DNA of 64,000 nt from Octopus sinensis (Eukaryota), in assembly GCF_006345805.1 (NCBI RefSeq), contig NC_043003.1, positions 33,108,001 to 33,172,000 of the forward strand, read 5' to 3'. How positions within the stretch are numbered: the stretch's first letter is position 1; every line of letters begins with the position of its first letter. Under the pieces are notes generated by a model that was given only the letters and a program-made list of their open reading frames with translations, had not been told where the DNA came from and did not search any database. The position numbers were made by a program, and so were the translations under genes. This document shows positions 25,733 through 39,188 of the stretch, one piece after another.

Positions 25733-26044
25733 CACCGTGATCACCGTGACCGACCAGGCTATCAGATGTTGCTACACATCGCTGGTCACAATGCGCTTCG
25801 CATTGTTTTAGCCTTCAAATGAGGTCACCCTGCTGGCTAAGCAAGCAGGCCAACAGAAGAAAGAGTGAGAGAAAGTTGTGGCGAAAGAGTACAGCAGGGA
25901 TCGCCACCATCTCCTGCTAGAGCCTCGTGGAACTTTAGGTGTTAATCGCTCAATAAACACTCACAACGCCCAGTTTGGGAATCGAAACCGCGATCCTACG
26001 ACCGCGACTCCGCTGCCCTAACCACTGGGCCATTGCGCCTCCAC
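25733..26044 (-). mobile_element. tRNA-derived SINE, family C
   Basis: The minus-strand head ggcgcaatggcccagtggttagggcagc...ggtttcgattccc has A- and B-box-like motifs. The 3' end has repeated cacggtga. Confidence 0.8.
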
Positions 26045-26067
26045 AGACACACACACACACACACACA

Positions 26068-26102
<35 letters not shown>

Positions 26103-26104
26103 CA

Positions 26105-26263
26105 AGGGGCTTCTTCCAGTTTCCGTCTACAAAATCCACTCACAAGGCTTTGGTGGGCCCGAATCTATAGCAGAGGACATTTGCCCAAGTTGCTACGAAC
26201 TGGGACTGAACCTCGAACCATGTGGTTGGTATGCAAGGTATTTACTTCTCAGCCACTCCTGCG

Positions 26264-26265
<2 letters not shown>
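26105..26265 (-). mobile_element. tRNA-derived SINE family A, 5' half
   Basis: Matches the head of the family A copies. Confidence 0.8.
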
Positions 26266-26301
<36 letters not shown>

Positions 26302-26669
26302 AATATATAAGTGCATATACATACATATATGCATATATATTGTGTGGGGGGCGGCGTGTTTAGACGACTATTTGTTTAGACAGTCAACTTGAATGAGCTT
26401 TAAAACATTTCTTGTTTAGTTGGTCACACATTGCAACAGCTGGTCTGGGAAGAATTCAAGTACGTAAATATCAATTAATATATGTAAAGAGCTGAAGCAA
26501 GATTGGTTAAATATATGAAAACCCTGCAAAAATAACATTGGTTGATATGATTTCTAGTCCTTTAAATTAGCCGTGCATGCGTAAATGTGGAACTGTATTC
26601 CAATATGTTATTATGAATATGTACACACTGTAAAATGTGTATGCTTCTATTTATATGTATGTGCATATA

Positions 26670-26732
<63 letters not shown>

Positions 26733-26970
26733 TAGTTAATCCAAACAAGAAAACACAGAAAAAAAGAGAAAAAAACACAACCAACGCAGGATGTGGAACA
26801 ATTAAAGTATTATTGACGTTCAGGAAAGAAGGGGAGGAGGGTTTAACGTTTCGAGCGGAGCTATTCGTCGGAAACAAGGAGAAGGAAAGATCCCAAGAAG
26901 GGAAGACAGAGGAAAAAATATATATGAGCTGGTGGTGCTCAAGAGATCACATGTTGAAAGAACAGAAGTT
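26733..26970 (-). mobile_element. PLE-type 3'-end fragment ending in (TA)n
   Basis: The minus strand is pyrimidine-rich, contains an HHR motif and abuts (TA)n at its 3' end. Confidence 0.65.
26841..26875 (-). ncRNA. Minimal type I hammerhead motif (CCGACGA variant)
   Basis: Minus strand reads GTTT CCGACGA A TAGC tcc GCTC GAAAC GTT AAAC. Confidence 0.65.
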
Positions 26971-26973
26971 ACG

Positions 26974-27022
<49 letters not shown>

Positions 27023-27035
27023 AGTGTGTGTGTAT

Positions 27036-27450
27036 CAGGAGTGGCCGTGTGGTATGAAGCTTGCTTCCCAACCACATAGTTCCGGAATCAGTCCCACTGC
27101 GTGGCAACTTGGGTCTTCTACTACAGCTTCGGGCAGACTAAAGCCTTGTGAGTGGATTTGGTGGACAGAAAGTGAGAGAAGCCCGTCATACATATATATG
27201 TATGAATGCATGTATGTATGTATGTATGTATGTATGTATGTATGTATGTGTATATGTATGTACATATTTGTGTGTCTGTCTGTGTTTGTCCTCCCACTAT
27301 CGTTTGACAACCGATGTTGGTGTGTTTACGTCCCCGTAATATAGCGGTTCGGCAAAAGGAACCAATAGAATAAGTACTGGGGTCGATTCATTTGTCTAAA
27401 GGCGGTGCTCCAGCATGGCTGCAGTCAAATGACTGAAAGAAGTAAAAGAA
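27036..27450 (+). mobile_element. tRNA-derived SINE, family A
   Basis: Full head, internal microsatellite and tail. Confidence 0.85.
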
Positions 27451-28156
27451 TTAGAGTGTATGAATATACATAAATATATATATATACACAAACACACACG
27501 CACATATATACCGCCTACGTACATTCACACACACACATACTCACGTATATATATATATATATATATATATTTAACGTTGACGTAAGAAGAATTTTATAAA
27601 CTGCGAGAGAATGTGAAATAATTCTTTAGAACATCGCGAATCACTCTCATTATGTTTTAAATAGGAGAATGTAAATATTGTGTTCAAAAAACTTTTTTTT
27701 TTTGGTAGAAAAATTTGATAGCTTCGAATTTTTCTAACTGAATGCGTTTTATATCGCTATATTTACATAATATCATGTTAACACTATGTTTGTGCTTCGA
27801 CACATTTAAAAGAAAAAGCAGAATATATGTGTAAATGTACGTAGGAGGCATATGAACATGCCAAATTGGTCTGACCGAATTATCAAAAAAATTATGAACT
27901 GTCATAATCGATCTTCAACCCTTACTAAAGTCTGATCAGGGGTGTGCACATCACTAGTAATTTTTATTGAGGTGAGCCTAGGTTACACATGAACGGACAC
28001 ATACATGTGTGTGTATGTGTGTGGAAGTGTATACACACACATATTTATATACATGTATGTATATATATGTGCGTGCATGTGTGTGTATGTATTTCTCAGG
28101 GTATGCTTGTCTTTTTGCCACTGTTATATATATGTACACATACACATACACACATG

Positions 28157-28231
<75 letters not shown>

Positions 28232-28718
28232 CCACATATATATATACATACATACATACATACATACATACCTTAATGTAGAAAATGACAGCAGTCTTCT
28301 GGTATGCGAACAGATGTTAGTGTTCGAGTCAAAATTTTAACTACAAAAGAAGGATGGTATAGATTTTGCTCTTTAGAAATTATGCTTCATCTAGATGATA
28401 CAACCCTCGTGGCAAGACGAACATATTCATAAATTCTAATTAAAGAATTATCGTCAAGTAAATTCTCAAGACAAAATAGAAATGATTAGGCGACACTCTT
28501 TCTTTATAAATTTAATTATTGAAAAGAAATATATCAGTAATTCACTAAAAAGGAGAAAGAAGAAAAAAAATGCTCTCAACAACAACAAAAACTACAGGAA
28601 GAATCGACTAACCTTACGGCTGTTGAATAAAAGTATTGAGTATGAAAAGACAATAATGATGGTGACGATGATGATGACGATGATGATGATGATGAAAATA
28701 ATAATAATAATAATAATG

Positions 28719-28776
<58 letters not shown>

Positions 28777-29012
28777 TAAATCATAAGAAATCGTAAGAAA
28801 ATGAATAGCTGTAAAGAAAGACGGAATTTAACAATAGAATTTTAAAAATCAATAATTTCGTTCAACGGCAAGATAAGTTTGAAGAAAAAGAAATTTACAT
28901 AGCTTCCAAGGAAAAAAAAAACTTGTGCAAGTATACATACACATACACATGCATTCATACATGCATACATAGACTTACAAAGATGCGTGTGCGTGCGCGC
29001 ACACACTTATAT

Positions 29013-29087
<75 letters not shown>

Positions 29088-29238
29088 CTCATCTATATAT
29101 TTGCATGCATATATATGTATGTGTATGTGTATATATAACTATATATATATATATTTATATGTACATGCACAGTTATTAGTTATAAATTCCGAATACGCAC
29201 ATACGTATCTGTAATTCTACAGGCATGTACGTGTGTGA

Positions 29239-29279
<41 letters not shown>

Positions 29280-30038
29280 ATTATATGTATATATACCTGT
29301 GTGTGAGTGATGTATGTGTGTATGTAAGTATGTTTGGATATTGGTGTGCTTATATTGTTGTATGTATATAAAAGAGACAATAACTACTACGTTGTACCAT
29401 TTGATAGAACAGCCTGCAAGAAGGTCTCAGAGTCATGTCCAGTCTCCTCGAGCATCGAAAATTCGATCGAGATTTGTTCTTATTGGTGTGTGCATATAAA
29501 AACACATACAAGTGGTTGCACGTGTGTGTGCGTGTGTCTCTATAAATATGTGTTTGTGTGTGTGTGCGTGAGGTTTATTTTGTAGAATATCATGGGTATT
29601 CGATTCACTTTTGGAGCTAAAATGAGTATATATAAACCGTTTTTTTTTCTTCTGTATCTACATATGTGTATGTTTATGCCAAACATGTGTAGATGAATAT
29701 ATATATGTAACCGTGTGTATATTTAAACATGCATAAGAGTGTATGCCTGTGTGTACTCGCGCTCGCATGTGTTTCTGTGCGTGTTTCTGTTTGAGAATAT
29801 AAAAGAAGCCAGCATTATAAGAATTCTGTATGAAGGCATGACTCTGAGCTGAACAAGTTCGAATCGCAAATACGTAGTTTTCTGTGCTATCACATTGTGC
29901 GTGAAATTGTTCAAACGTTCTGTAGCCTATCCGCAAGTCGTCGACCTAAACGTTATGTTTCAATTGGCTAAATCGAATTCAAAATCGATTTATTAACGTT
30001 TCTCATTCTTTTAACTAGATGGAGTAATTGTCTCAACG

Positions 30039-30290
30039 TTGAAATGTATCTCTGTTGGACTTCTCTATAAATATTTCGATGGTCCTTTTTCTGATGAACT
30101 TCCTGATCAATTTCCCCCTGTCAAGTCCTTTAAATATATCACCCCATCCTCTTTCCAAGTGTATCGCTTTTCTAATAACATCTTTGTCCGAGTTGCTGTT
30201 CTCTGTAATTCATTACCGTTGTAATGTTTTCCTCAGGACTATGACATCCGTTACTTTAATCTTTCTGTCAATCATTAGTAAACAGAATGA
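30039..30290 (+). mobile_element. Degenerate LINE ORF2 C-terminal remnant (CR1/L2-like)
   Basis: LLYKYFDGPFSDEL..PP......VLCNSLP resembles post-RT C-terminal motifs. Recognised from memory only. Confidence 0.4.
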
Positions 30291-31431
30291 AGTACTGTGA
30301 CGTTTGATTCCGATATGTATTTCTTTAGTATTTACTATTCCAACGGGGTATGAATATATAAATTGCTCATATCTTTCTGAGTCCACTTTTCCGAACTCAA
30401 GAAATAGATGACGCAACAACGGGTTTCTCATGTGTTAAATCTTAATACTAGAAACAGAAGCTAACTTTTCGTCAAACTACCCCCTACCGTTTTAAGTATG
30501 TCAGCAACACTGAATAACGTAAACCGAGATAGTCTATATCTGTGAGGAAATATAAGATGGCTACAACTTTACTTTATTCTTTCTTGAAGGGCTCTTGAGT
30601 TTGGATAGACCTGATGGCGATACAACAAAACTAATAACCTTAAGAAGAGTTTATTAAATATAAATCTTGACATGTTTATAAATACTCTGTTTAGCGAAAA
30701 GCTGATCTCCTACTGTACAAAAACACATTGAATATTTCATTCAACCAACATCACTTTTTCATATTTGAAAGTGGTCTAACACACACATACACACACATGC
30801 GCATGCGTATCTATACGTGTATTTATATAAACGAGTCTGCAAACTTGTGACCTCAGAGTGGTACGATTTACTGCAGGGAACAAGAAAAACTCCGCATCGT
30901 TGAGATCCATTACAAATAGAGAAACATGATTAATAAATAACATACACGTATTTATTTATTTGTTTATTTATTTATTTAAGACAGTGAATTAGCAGTGTCA
31001 TTAGGGCGTTAGATTGACTTATTTGGTTCTCTGTGCTATGAGTTCAAATACCACTGAAATCAAAGAGAATTTTCATTATTTCGTGGTCGATAAATAAAGT
31101 TTTAATCATGTGCGGAAGTCATTTGCTCTGTCTTTCTTTTTCTATCAGTCTCCTCTTGAAGAAATCAGACACGATTATCTTAAATAGTGCACACGACTCG
31201 CCATATATCTCGGTAGGTCACTTATGAATTCATTAGGACTACAGGGGAAGGCATGTTATTTAAATGAAGATTTTATATGACCCTTGTTACCTTTTATCAA
31301 CTACATTCTCATATTCTGTTATTCTTTGTACTGGTCTCAGTAATTAGATTGCTACCGCACAACATGGGCTGTAGTTAGTCATTATAAATCCCAGCATCAT
31401 TTTAGCCTAATACTATATGTATGTACATGTA

Positions 31432-31551
31432 GTTAAGAAAAACATGTAGTTCAAATTACAAAAGACGAAGACAGATGCAGGAACAACAAGCAGGTGTAAT
31501 AGTTTAAGGCTCGGTTGAAAATGGAGACGTCTAATATGTTTCGAGCCTACG

Positions 31552-31553
<2 letters not shown>
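31432..31553 (-). mobile_element. PLE 3'-end fragment 5'-truncated inside its hammerhead
   Basis: After (TA)n the minus strand begins AGC GTAG GCTC GAAAC, which is the 3' half of the HHR seen at 34706-34741, then continues into the shared tail ctgtcttcgtcttttg. Confidence 0.7.
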
Positions 31554-31619
<66 letters not shown>

Positions 31620-31818
31620 TATATATATATAAAAGAACATTAATATAGACAGCCGTGTGCAATGTGGTGCTAAAAAGGAAAAGTGTAATTGTCACAAAAT
31701 AAGTCTAGAGTGTTAGAACACCTGCATTTCTAGAAATTAGAGTTAAAACGCTATAATGCTGTAGTTAAAGCATATAACTGTATACATATGTTCAGACAGG
31801 ATATACATATATATCTTT

Positions 31819-31860
<42 letters not shown>

Positions 31861-31884
31861 ATATATATATATATATATATATAT

Positions 31885-32041
31885 AATTTGAAACTGACTT
31901 GAAAATCGGAAATCCCCCTGAAGATTGTCGATCAAGACATGAAACAATTGTAGTGGCGGTTTTTTTTACTTTTTATTAAAATTTTATGTATTGATTAAGT
32001 CTTTCCTTGTTTGTTTTGCAAAATAGTGGTTTTGTCTCTAA

Positions 32042-32048
<7 letters not shown>
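31885..32048 (+). mobile_element. ~160-bp HHR-bearing fragment between two (TA)n tracts
   Basis: A unique sequence bounded by (TA)n on both sides that contains an HHR motif. Confidence 0.65.
31914..31956 (+). ncRNA. Minimal type I hammerhead ribozyme motif
   Basis: Reads CCCC CTGAAGA T TGTC gatcaa GACA T GAAAC AATT GTA GTGG. The core is canonical, ACAATTGT is palindromic, and helix I has one mismatch. Confidence 0.75.
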
Positions 32049-32086
<38 letters not shown>

Positions 32087-32160
32087 TACAGCTTACCACG
32101 TGGGGATAATCGAAATTCCTCCCTTTGTGTTACTATATATATATATATATATAAAGGAAC

Positions 32161-32900
32161 ATTGGCGCACAGCAGTGTTAAATTATGAGCAGAATTTACG
32201 TTAGTTGAAATATGTTTGTCACATATTTCAAATGCTAAAAATGCACTGCAGTTAACGTGGAGAAAAATCTCTCTTATGGTAAAAAGGTGTGAAGAAACCC
32301 AGTTTGTTCAGTGTCAACCTCTCTTACGAATCCCAGACATCGTTGTTCCAAGTTTTTTGACTCTTGCCAATGAGGCAAATCTGAACGAACTTAAAACTGT
32401 AGGTTTATATATAATTCAGTCAACCCGTTGACTGATTTGCGCTAGTAGGTCGCCCGATCGAGGCAAATAACGAAGCATTGGCGCAAAGCAGTGTTTAGGT
32501 ATGGGCGGAAGTTGAAATATGTTTGTCACATATTTCAACTGCTAAAATGTAAATACACTGCAGTTAGGGCAGAGAAAAATCTCTCATATGGTAAAAAGTG
32601 TTCAGTGTCACCCTCTGTTACGAATCCCAGACATCGATGTTTCGAGTTTTTAAAACATTTGTCAATGAGATATATCTATGAGAGGCAACTCCAAACGAAT
32701 TTACTTAATCTGTAGCTTTATATATAATTGAGTCAATACGTTGACTGATTTGCACTCGTAGATCGCCCTATCAAGGTAAATAACGGAGCATTGGCGCAAA
32801 ACAGCGTTCAGCTATGAGCAGAATTTAGGTTAGCTGAAATATGTTTATCACATATTTCAACTGCTAGAAGGCAGATACACTGGAGTTACCGTGGAGAAAA
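32161..32900. repeat. Diverged tandem repeat, ~315-bp unit, about 2.3 copies
   Basis: Units start at attggcgca at 32161, 32477 and 32790. Confidence 0.85.
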
Positions 32901-33008
32901 TGTCTTGAACTAACCTAAATTCTACCTTGTAGCATTTGCAGTATGTGACACTTGCAACTGCCCCACCGAACTCATTTCCAGGTATCTTGACCGTGTCCTT
33001 TCCCCCTA

Positions 33009-33908
33009 GTGGCTTCACTCCCCTCTCACATCCATGACACCAACAACGAACTTCGTTTGTTCAACTCTTTCTCTTTCCCTCCTGGCCCCTCTAAACTTCT
33101 CTTCACTCTCAGCATCCAGAGCATTTATACAGGGATCCCTCACCACGAGGAGCTGCGTGCACTCCAGCATTTCCTAGATCTTCGACCCAACCCCCAAGCC
33201 GACATATCCACACTCGTTCGTCTGGTCGAACTTGTCCTCTCACTGAACTGCTTCTCGGGAGTGGCCATGGGAACGATAATGAGCCCCAACTATGCGAACC
33301 TGTTGGTTGGCCACGTTGAGGCCCAAATATTCTCAAGGTTCATTGGTCCCACTCCCGAACTATACGGCTGTTATATTGACGACTGTATCTGTGCGACCTC
33401 ACTCTCCTGCGAACATCTAGACTCTTTCCTCTCTTTTGTCAGATCTTTCCATCCCGCCCTCTACTTCTCCTGCACTATCTCTGACACTTCTGTCTCCTTT
33501 CTTGACATTTCGGTCAGCATTCATCGCTTCATTCTCACCACCTCTATCAACTACAAACACACAGATTCACACTCATACCTCAAATTCTCCACCTCCCTCC
33601 CTAAACACACCAAGCTTTCCCGTCTCCCATTTCCCCTCACCTACCACCCCACTACCCTACCTCTCCAACGAACCATTCTCCGAGCTTTCCGGCGACTTCA
33701 GTCCGACCTCTTCACTTCGCACATCTTCTCTAGCCGACCCTTCCCCTCCTCCAAACGAGTCCACAACCTACGAGACCTCTTCGTCCACAGCTACTTCCCT
33801 AACCCAACCTCCCAACACGGCTCGTTCCTCTGCTCCCGCCCACGCTGTCGCACTTGCCTGTCTGTGTGCGGATTGTCCCTGCACAGAGGCCATCCGTTTG
33901 CGCCGTGA
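33009..33908 (+). pseudogene. PLE reverse transcriptase remnant with Cys linker
   Basis: Motifs include SIYTGIPH, GVAMGTIMSPNYANL, YGCYIDDC, SVSFLDISV, YKHTDSHSYL and CSRPRCRTC. Internal deletions are evident and most of the GIY-YIG domain is missing. Confidence 0.88.
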
Positions 33909-34705
33909 ACAGTGATTAATCTCTCTTCGCTCTTTGCGCCACATGGGCTCAACTTTCCTCCCCTCTCCTCTCTCCCCTCACACCTACTTCCTCCAACCCA
34001 CCTCTCCTCTCTTGCTCCGACTCCAACTGCTCTTCACTCCTACTCTCCTCTCTTCTCTGCACTCCCACCCACTTTCTCCCTTCTCCCTTCATCGTCACCC
34101 TTCTCTCGTAACCCTATCCCACCCATACACAATCCAACCCTACCTTCCCTATCCATCCCATCCCAACCCAACAGATCCATTATACCCACTCTTACATACC
34201 CCACCTCTACCACCACCCTCAGCCTACCCACATACACTACTTCTACCCGCACCCTCACCTACTCCACCCCCACCCTCACCTACTCCACCCCCACCCTCAC
34301 CTACTCCACCCCCACCCTCACCTACTCCACCCCCACTCTTGGTTTCCTCACTCTCGCCACCCCAACACCATCATACCACAGCACACACCGCTACACCATA
34401 CACCACCATACTACACAACACCACATTACATCACATCACGCCACCACGCACACACTAGCACTGACCACTCTCCAGCCCCACATCCACACACCTACACATA
34501 CACAAACGCAAACGTCAAGGTCACTGGCCCTCTTCCACACGCACATACATACTCTCTTATACACACACATTTTTGGGATCACCACTACTTTATTATCTCC
34601 CCTTCCGCTAGCTCTCCTGTGTGACCCCTCTAACCGGCATTCGCCATGATAGATCGCTAGCCACTACACATTCTTTATTTTCTCTCCTTGTTTTTTTCTG
34701 TGTTC

Positions 34706-34741
34706 CTTTCTGTGGAAGAGCGTAGGCTCCAAACGTTAAAG
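34706..34741 (+). ncRNA. Degenerate minimal hammerhead motif (CUGUGGA variant, G12 mutated)
   Basis: Reads CTTT CTGTGGA A GAGC gtag GCTC CAAAC GTT AAAG. The sibling at 31535-31553 retains GAAAC. Confidence 0.55.
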
Positions 34742-34900
34742 ACGTTTTCACTCCCCGAGCGTTTAGCTAATACATCTGTTTCTTGTCTACACCACCTGTC
34801 TTCGTCTTTTGATTTTTATGTGAATTCTCCCTATATATATTTATGTATGTATGTGTGTGTGTGTATGTGTATATATATAACCTATATATATGTATATATG

Positions 34901-34933
<33 letters not shown>

Positions 34934-34934
34934 G

Positions 34935-34982
<48 letters not shown>

Positions 34983-34984
34983 AA

Positions 34985-35165
34985 ATGAGCTGGTAGAATC
35001 GTTTAGTACACCGGGCGATAGGATTAACGTTCAAATTCCGCCGAGGTCAGCTTTGTCTTTCATCCTTTTGGGGTCGATATAGTAAATAACAGTGAACCGC
35101 TGGGGTCAATTTAATTGACTAGTTTCCCCCCTACAAATTTCAGACCTTGTGTCTTTAGTAGAAAG
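34985..35165 (+). mobile_element. tRNA-derived SINE, family B
   Basis: Reads gagctggtagaatcg...gttcaaattccgccgaggtc. Confidence 0.75.
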
Positions 35166-35172
35166 GATTACA

Positions 35173-35203
<31 letters not shown>

Positions 35204-36533
35204 GAATGGTATCTGCACAGTATACCTATCTGTCTACAAGACCTCGCCTCAGATACGAGACAATTATTCATGGTGCCGTACTGCGGGGCTGAAATCGAAA
35301 GAATCTGGTTGGATTTCTCTGAACAATGAAGTACCTGACTCAAAAAGGGCGCCTCTACTTGGTCTTATGATGTGCAAGTAAATTACACCCTAGCATCTAA
35401 CGGTTGAACCATTTGGACAATTTATCTCTTGGATATACAAAAAAGATGATAATCGCACTTGAGACTTCCTTGACCATACATCTGCACGATTAGGTTACAC
35501 TAGATGCTAAACAATAATAAAATCTGACACATATAAAACCATAAATTTGCTAAGTCCAGACTAAGATTGTCTGTCTAGCGATGTTAAATTCTATGAATGG
35601 CTGAATCATACTCTCACCAATTCATATCCTATGAACATAAATCTTTGGTGTTTATACTCACGATATGTTTCACGCAAGATATATTTAATGATTTATTTTT
35701 ATATAGTGTTACTTACATATGGCATAAAATTACGCACGCTCGTTAGAAATAACATCCAAATTTACTGAAGAGCACTGCACCTTCGTTAGTAGTTTTGATA
35801 CAAAAGCTACGAAATAAAAGACATGTTTATGGTTGCAAAGGTAGAACAGTGAGATTGGGGATGATTAGGTACCTAAGAGCAAAAAAAAAAAAAATGTATT
35901 TCGTTAGAATGAAGCGTCATATTTAATTAGAACTACAAGTTTAGGGAATGTGTCCAGATTCTGATATAGAAATATCCTGTTCACACTGCATCACTCATAT
36001 CTTGATGTAAATACTTGTATAATATCAATATATAACCAACGAGAGAAAAAAAAATGCAATATGTGCCCGTCTAGACTATGATATTATTCCATTCATAATT
36101 ATGATAAAAGATCAATGCTATAAAGGGACAACACATGCAAAGTTGTCGCATTTGGACAATAAATACCGTGAAAGAAAACAAATAATTTCAACCAGGAGTA
36201 GACAATGTGTCCTGTCGTAATTTGTGTATATGAGGGCTTTCTCATATATATATAAATTAAGAACTACCCATTTCTCATATGGAGATTTTGATTTCTGTGA
36301 ATTCACCGTATACTTTACAATATACGAATTTGTTCATATTACATATTTTTATATTGTTATTAACCAATAATAATTTCGGCATCTCCATTATTTTGTGAAG
36401 GATAAAATACTTTCAGAGCCACATAATGGACATAAACGGGAAGAACATAGTTCTATACATTTCTTTGTCTAACACAATCTCATTCACAATTTCTATTTCT
36501 TTCTTCTATATTTCCTTTTCGAGTATATATATG

Positions 36534-36591
<58 letters not shown>

Positions 36592-36594
<3 letters not shown>

Positions 36595-37345
36595 GAGTAT
36601 AGAAATTCGGGGTGAGTACTTGATAATTATAAGCACCTGTGTATACCGTTTGGTGGTGTAGGTGGTGGAGTAAATTGATCAAAATAAAATAAAAACATGA
36701 TGCGAAGGATTCAGCGGTACATATGTTTCGGGCCTTTATTAGACAGATTTATAACAATGCATAATGTATGTCTGTGGCCTTCTTCAGCCGCGCACAACAG
36801 CTTCCACAAGGACATGTGTTACATCAAAAGTTCTTGGTTGGGGATGCAAATCCTCTCATTCACGTACGACATAATGCGGCAGCAGCATAGAGTTGAAGCG
36901 TCCATCTCTTTCTTCTCTCAATGTAGAATGAGGAAAATTGGATGTTGAGGTAATGTAAATAAATAAATACATATATAGAGGTGAAGATGGAGGGGCGAGA
37001 GTTCGGGACGAGGGATAAAAAATGTATAAAAAGTGTAAGTATAGAATAATATAAAAATGTAGAGGATAAAGGGTTGTAAGGAGATGTAAAGGGGGTATAA
37101 AGAAATATAAAGTAAAAATAGAAATAGAAATAAAAGTAAAAAAACCTGATAAAAACATGATAAAAGTGTAAAAGAATGTAAAGATAAGGGATGTATAGAG
37201 GTTATGGACCAAGCATGGTGGTCAGGAGATTGATAAAATTTAGTTGTAGAATTATCAGTACATCAACAGTTTCGTCTGGGGACTTAATGCGTTGTAAATC
37301 AGAGCTGATGAGCATTTAATCTGGTTCCTTGAATTAAATGGACTT
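36592..37345 (-). mobile_element. PLE-type 3' region: pyrimidine-rich spacer, HHR, end in (TA)n
   Basis: It contains the 160-bp block shared with 10925-11082. The spacer-HHR-(TA)n layout is the same as in 32945-34831. Confidence 0.6.
36714..36791 (-). ncRNA. Type I hammerhead ribozyme motif, intact core
   Basis: Minus strand reads GCGG CTGAAGA A GGCC [long loop] GGCC C GAAAC ATAT GTA CCGC, with palindrome ACATATGT. Confidence 0.82.
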
Positions 37346-37837
37346 CTAGTACATACATATCATCATGGATATATACACCCACATACACGCGTACATATAC
37401 GCCTCCAAGCCTATAAGCATACACACGCACTCGCGTGTAAACACGTACATAAACACACACGCACCCACACGCACGCGCGTACACACACATACATACAACA
37501 GAATATCCGCATATATACACGGACATTACGCGCGTACACGCTCACATGTATATACGCGCGCCCATCACTACATACACGCACGTATATGCCCACGCCTCTA
37601 GGTCCAGGTATAAGATATTAAAGGATGTGTATAAGAACGTATGTAAAGAATCCCGTACTCATGTCAATACGCGCACGCACACACGGCTGTGTGTCCGTAT
37701 GTGCGTGCACATATACACTCATATACACACACAGAGACACACGCGCACATGGGTATAGCTATAAGATATCGAACTATGCATGTACATATATGCGCGTGCA
37801 TATGTATGTATGCGCATACACACGTACGCGGACGCTC

Positions 37838-37911
<74 letters not shown>

Positions 37912-39024
37912 TGTTTTACCAGTCAGAAAACCTGATTTTTCACGTCTTTCATTCTCTCACTGCTCATCCCTGGATTTCTAATTATCTCCCACTATCTCTC
38001 TATCTCTCTGTCTCTCGTACTGGTACTCTACACTTTCGCTCATGCATTTATAATTTGATAATTATAAATGCAAACATGTATGTACATACACATCTGTGTA
38101 TACGTACGTATAGATATTATACTCTACAAGAAGTATTGGAATGCTCTCCTTCACTTTAGTTGAAGACCCCGGATGTAAGTGTACATTTGTGTACGTGTGT
38201 GTAAAGATATATATATTATATATATATATATATTATATATATATATATATATCTGTGAGTGTGTGTGTATGTATATAAATTTACATACCAATATCTATAT
38301 TTATGTACATTAATATATATCAACGTATATACATGTATGCGCATATATAAATATATATACATACAGGTATGCATATACACGCATATACAAACACATTTAC
38401 ATACAGAGAAACATATACACACAACACATACTCAAGGTGTGTATATATATATATACTTACTTATACATGTACTCACTAAACTGTGTATCGGTACTTGTAA
38501 CTGCAATGTAAAAATAAAATCTCTAATTTAATTAAATGAATAATTGTTAAAAAGATAACCAAACAAAAAAAAAAAAAGTCAAATAAAAATTGTTGTTTTT
38601 CCACATTCCATATCTTCTGAGATTGAAATTGGAAGCAGTAAAAAAAAAAAAAATAACAACATATAATCAGCAGTAAATATATAGACACTCAGTGTATACC
38701 AAATACGATAACAATTTTAGAAATAAGGTATTGTAGAGGAAATAGAGGAGCGGGAAGAAAAATATTATCGATTCATTTTTAATCCTCTTGTTTTCTTGCA
38801 AAACATGACGATATTTTAATGAACCTTCCTATAAAAGCCGAATCATAATAAGATACATATGTAGAAGATACAAAGCTACAGTCACAGATGTGGTGATGTG
38901 GCGACACGCACGTGCACACATATGAATCATAGTATAAATACGTAAAATGTGCAAAGACATATACATATATTTATATATAAAAATATTTAGGTTTATATGT
39001 ATCTGTTTGCGTCTGCCTAATTAC

Positions 39025-39188
<164 letters not shown>

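Larger units (their letters stand above)
32945..34831 (+). mobile_element. 5'-truncated, internally deleted Penelope-like element with 3' hammerhead
   Basis: An RT remnant is followed by a C/T-rich spacer, an HHR motif and a 3' end in (TA)n. Confidence 0.88.

Noticed and set aside
32081-32135. 55-bp island between (TA)n tracts containing ccacgtggggataatcGAAA
   Set aside because: It may be the 3' half of another HHR, but there is no CUGANGA and no homologue in the window.
33912-34649. Pro/Ser/Thr-rich ORFs after the PLE RT
   Set aside because: They arise from a C/T-rich low-complexity spacer with a 21-bp tandem repeat, and there is no domain evidence.
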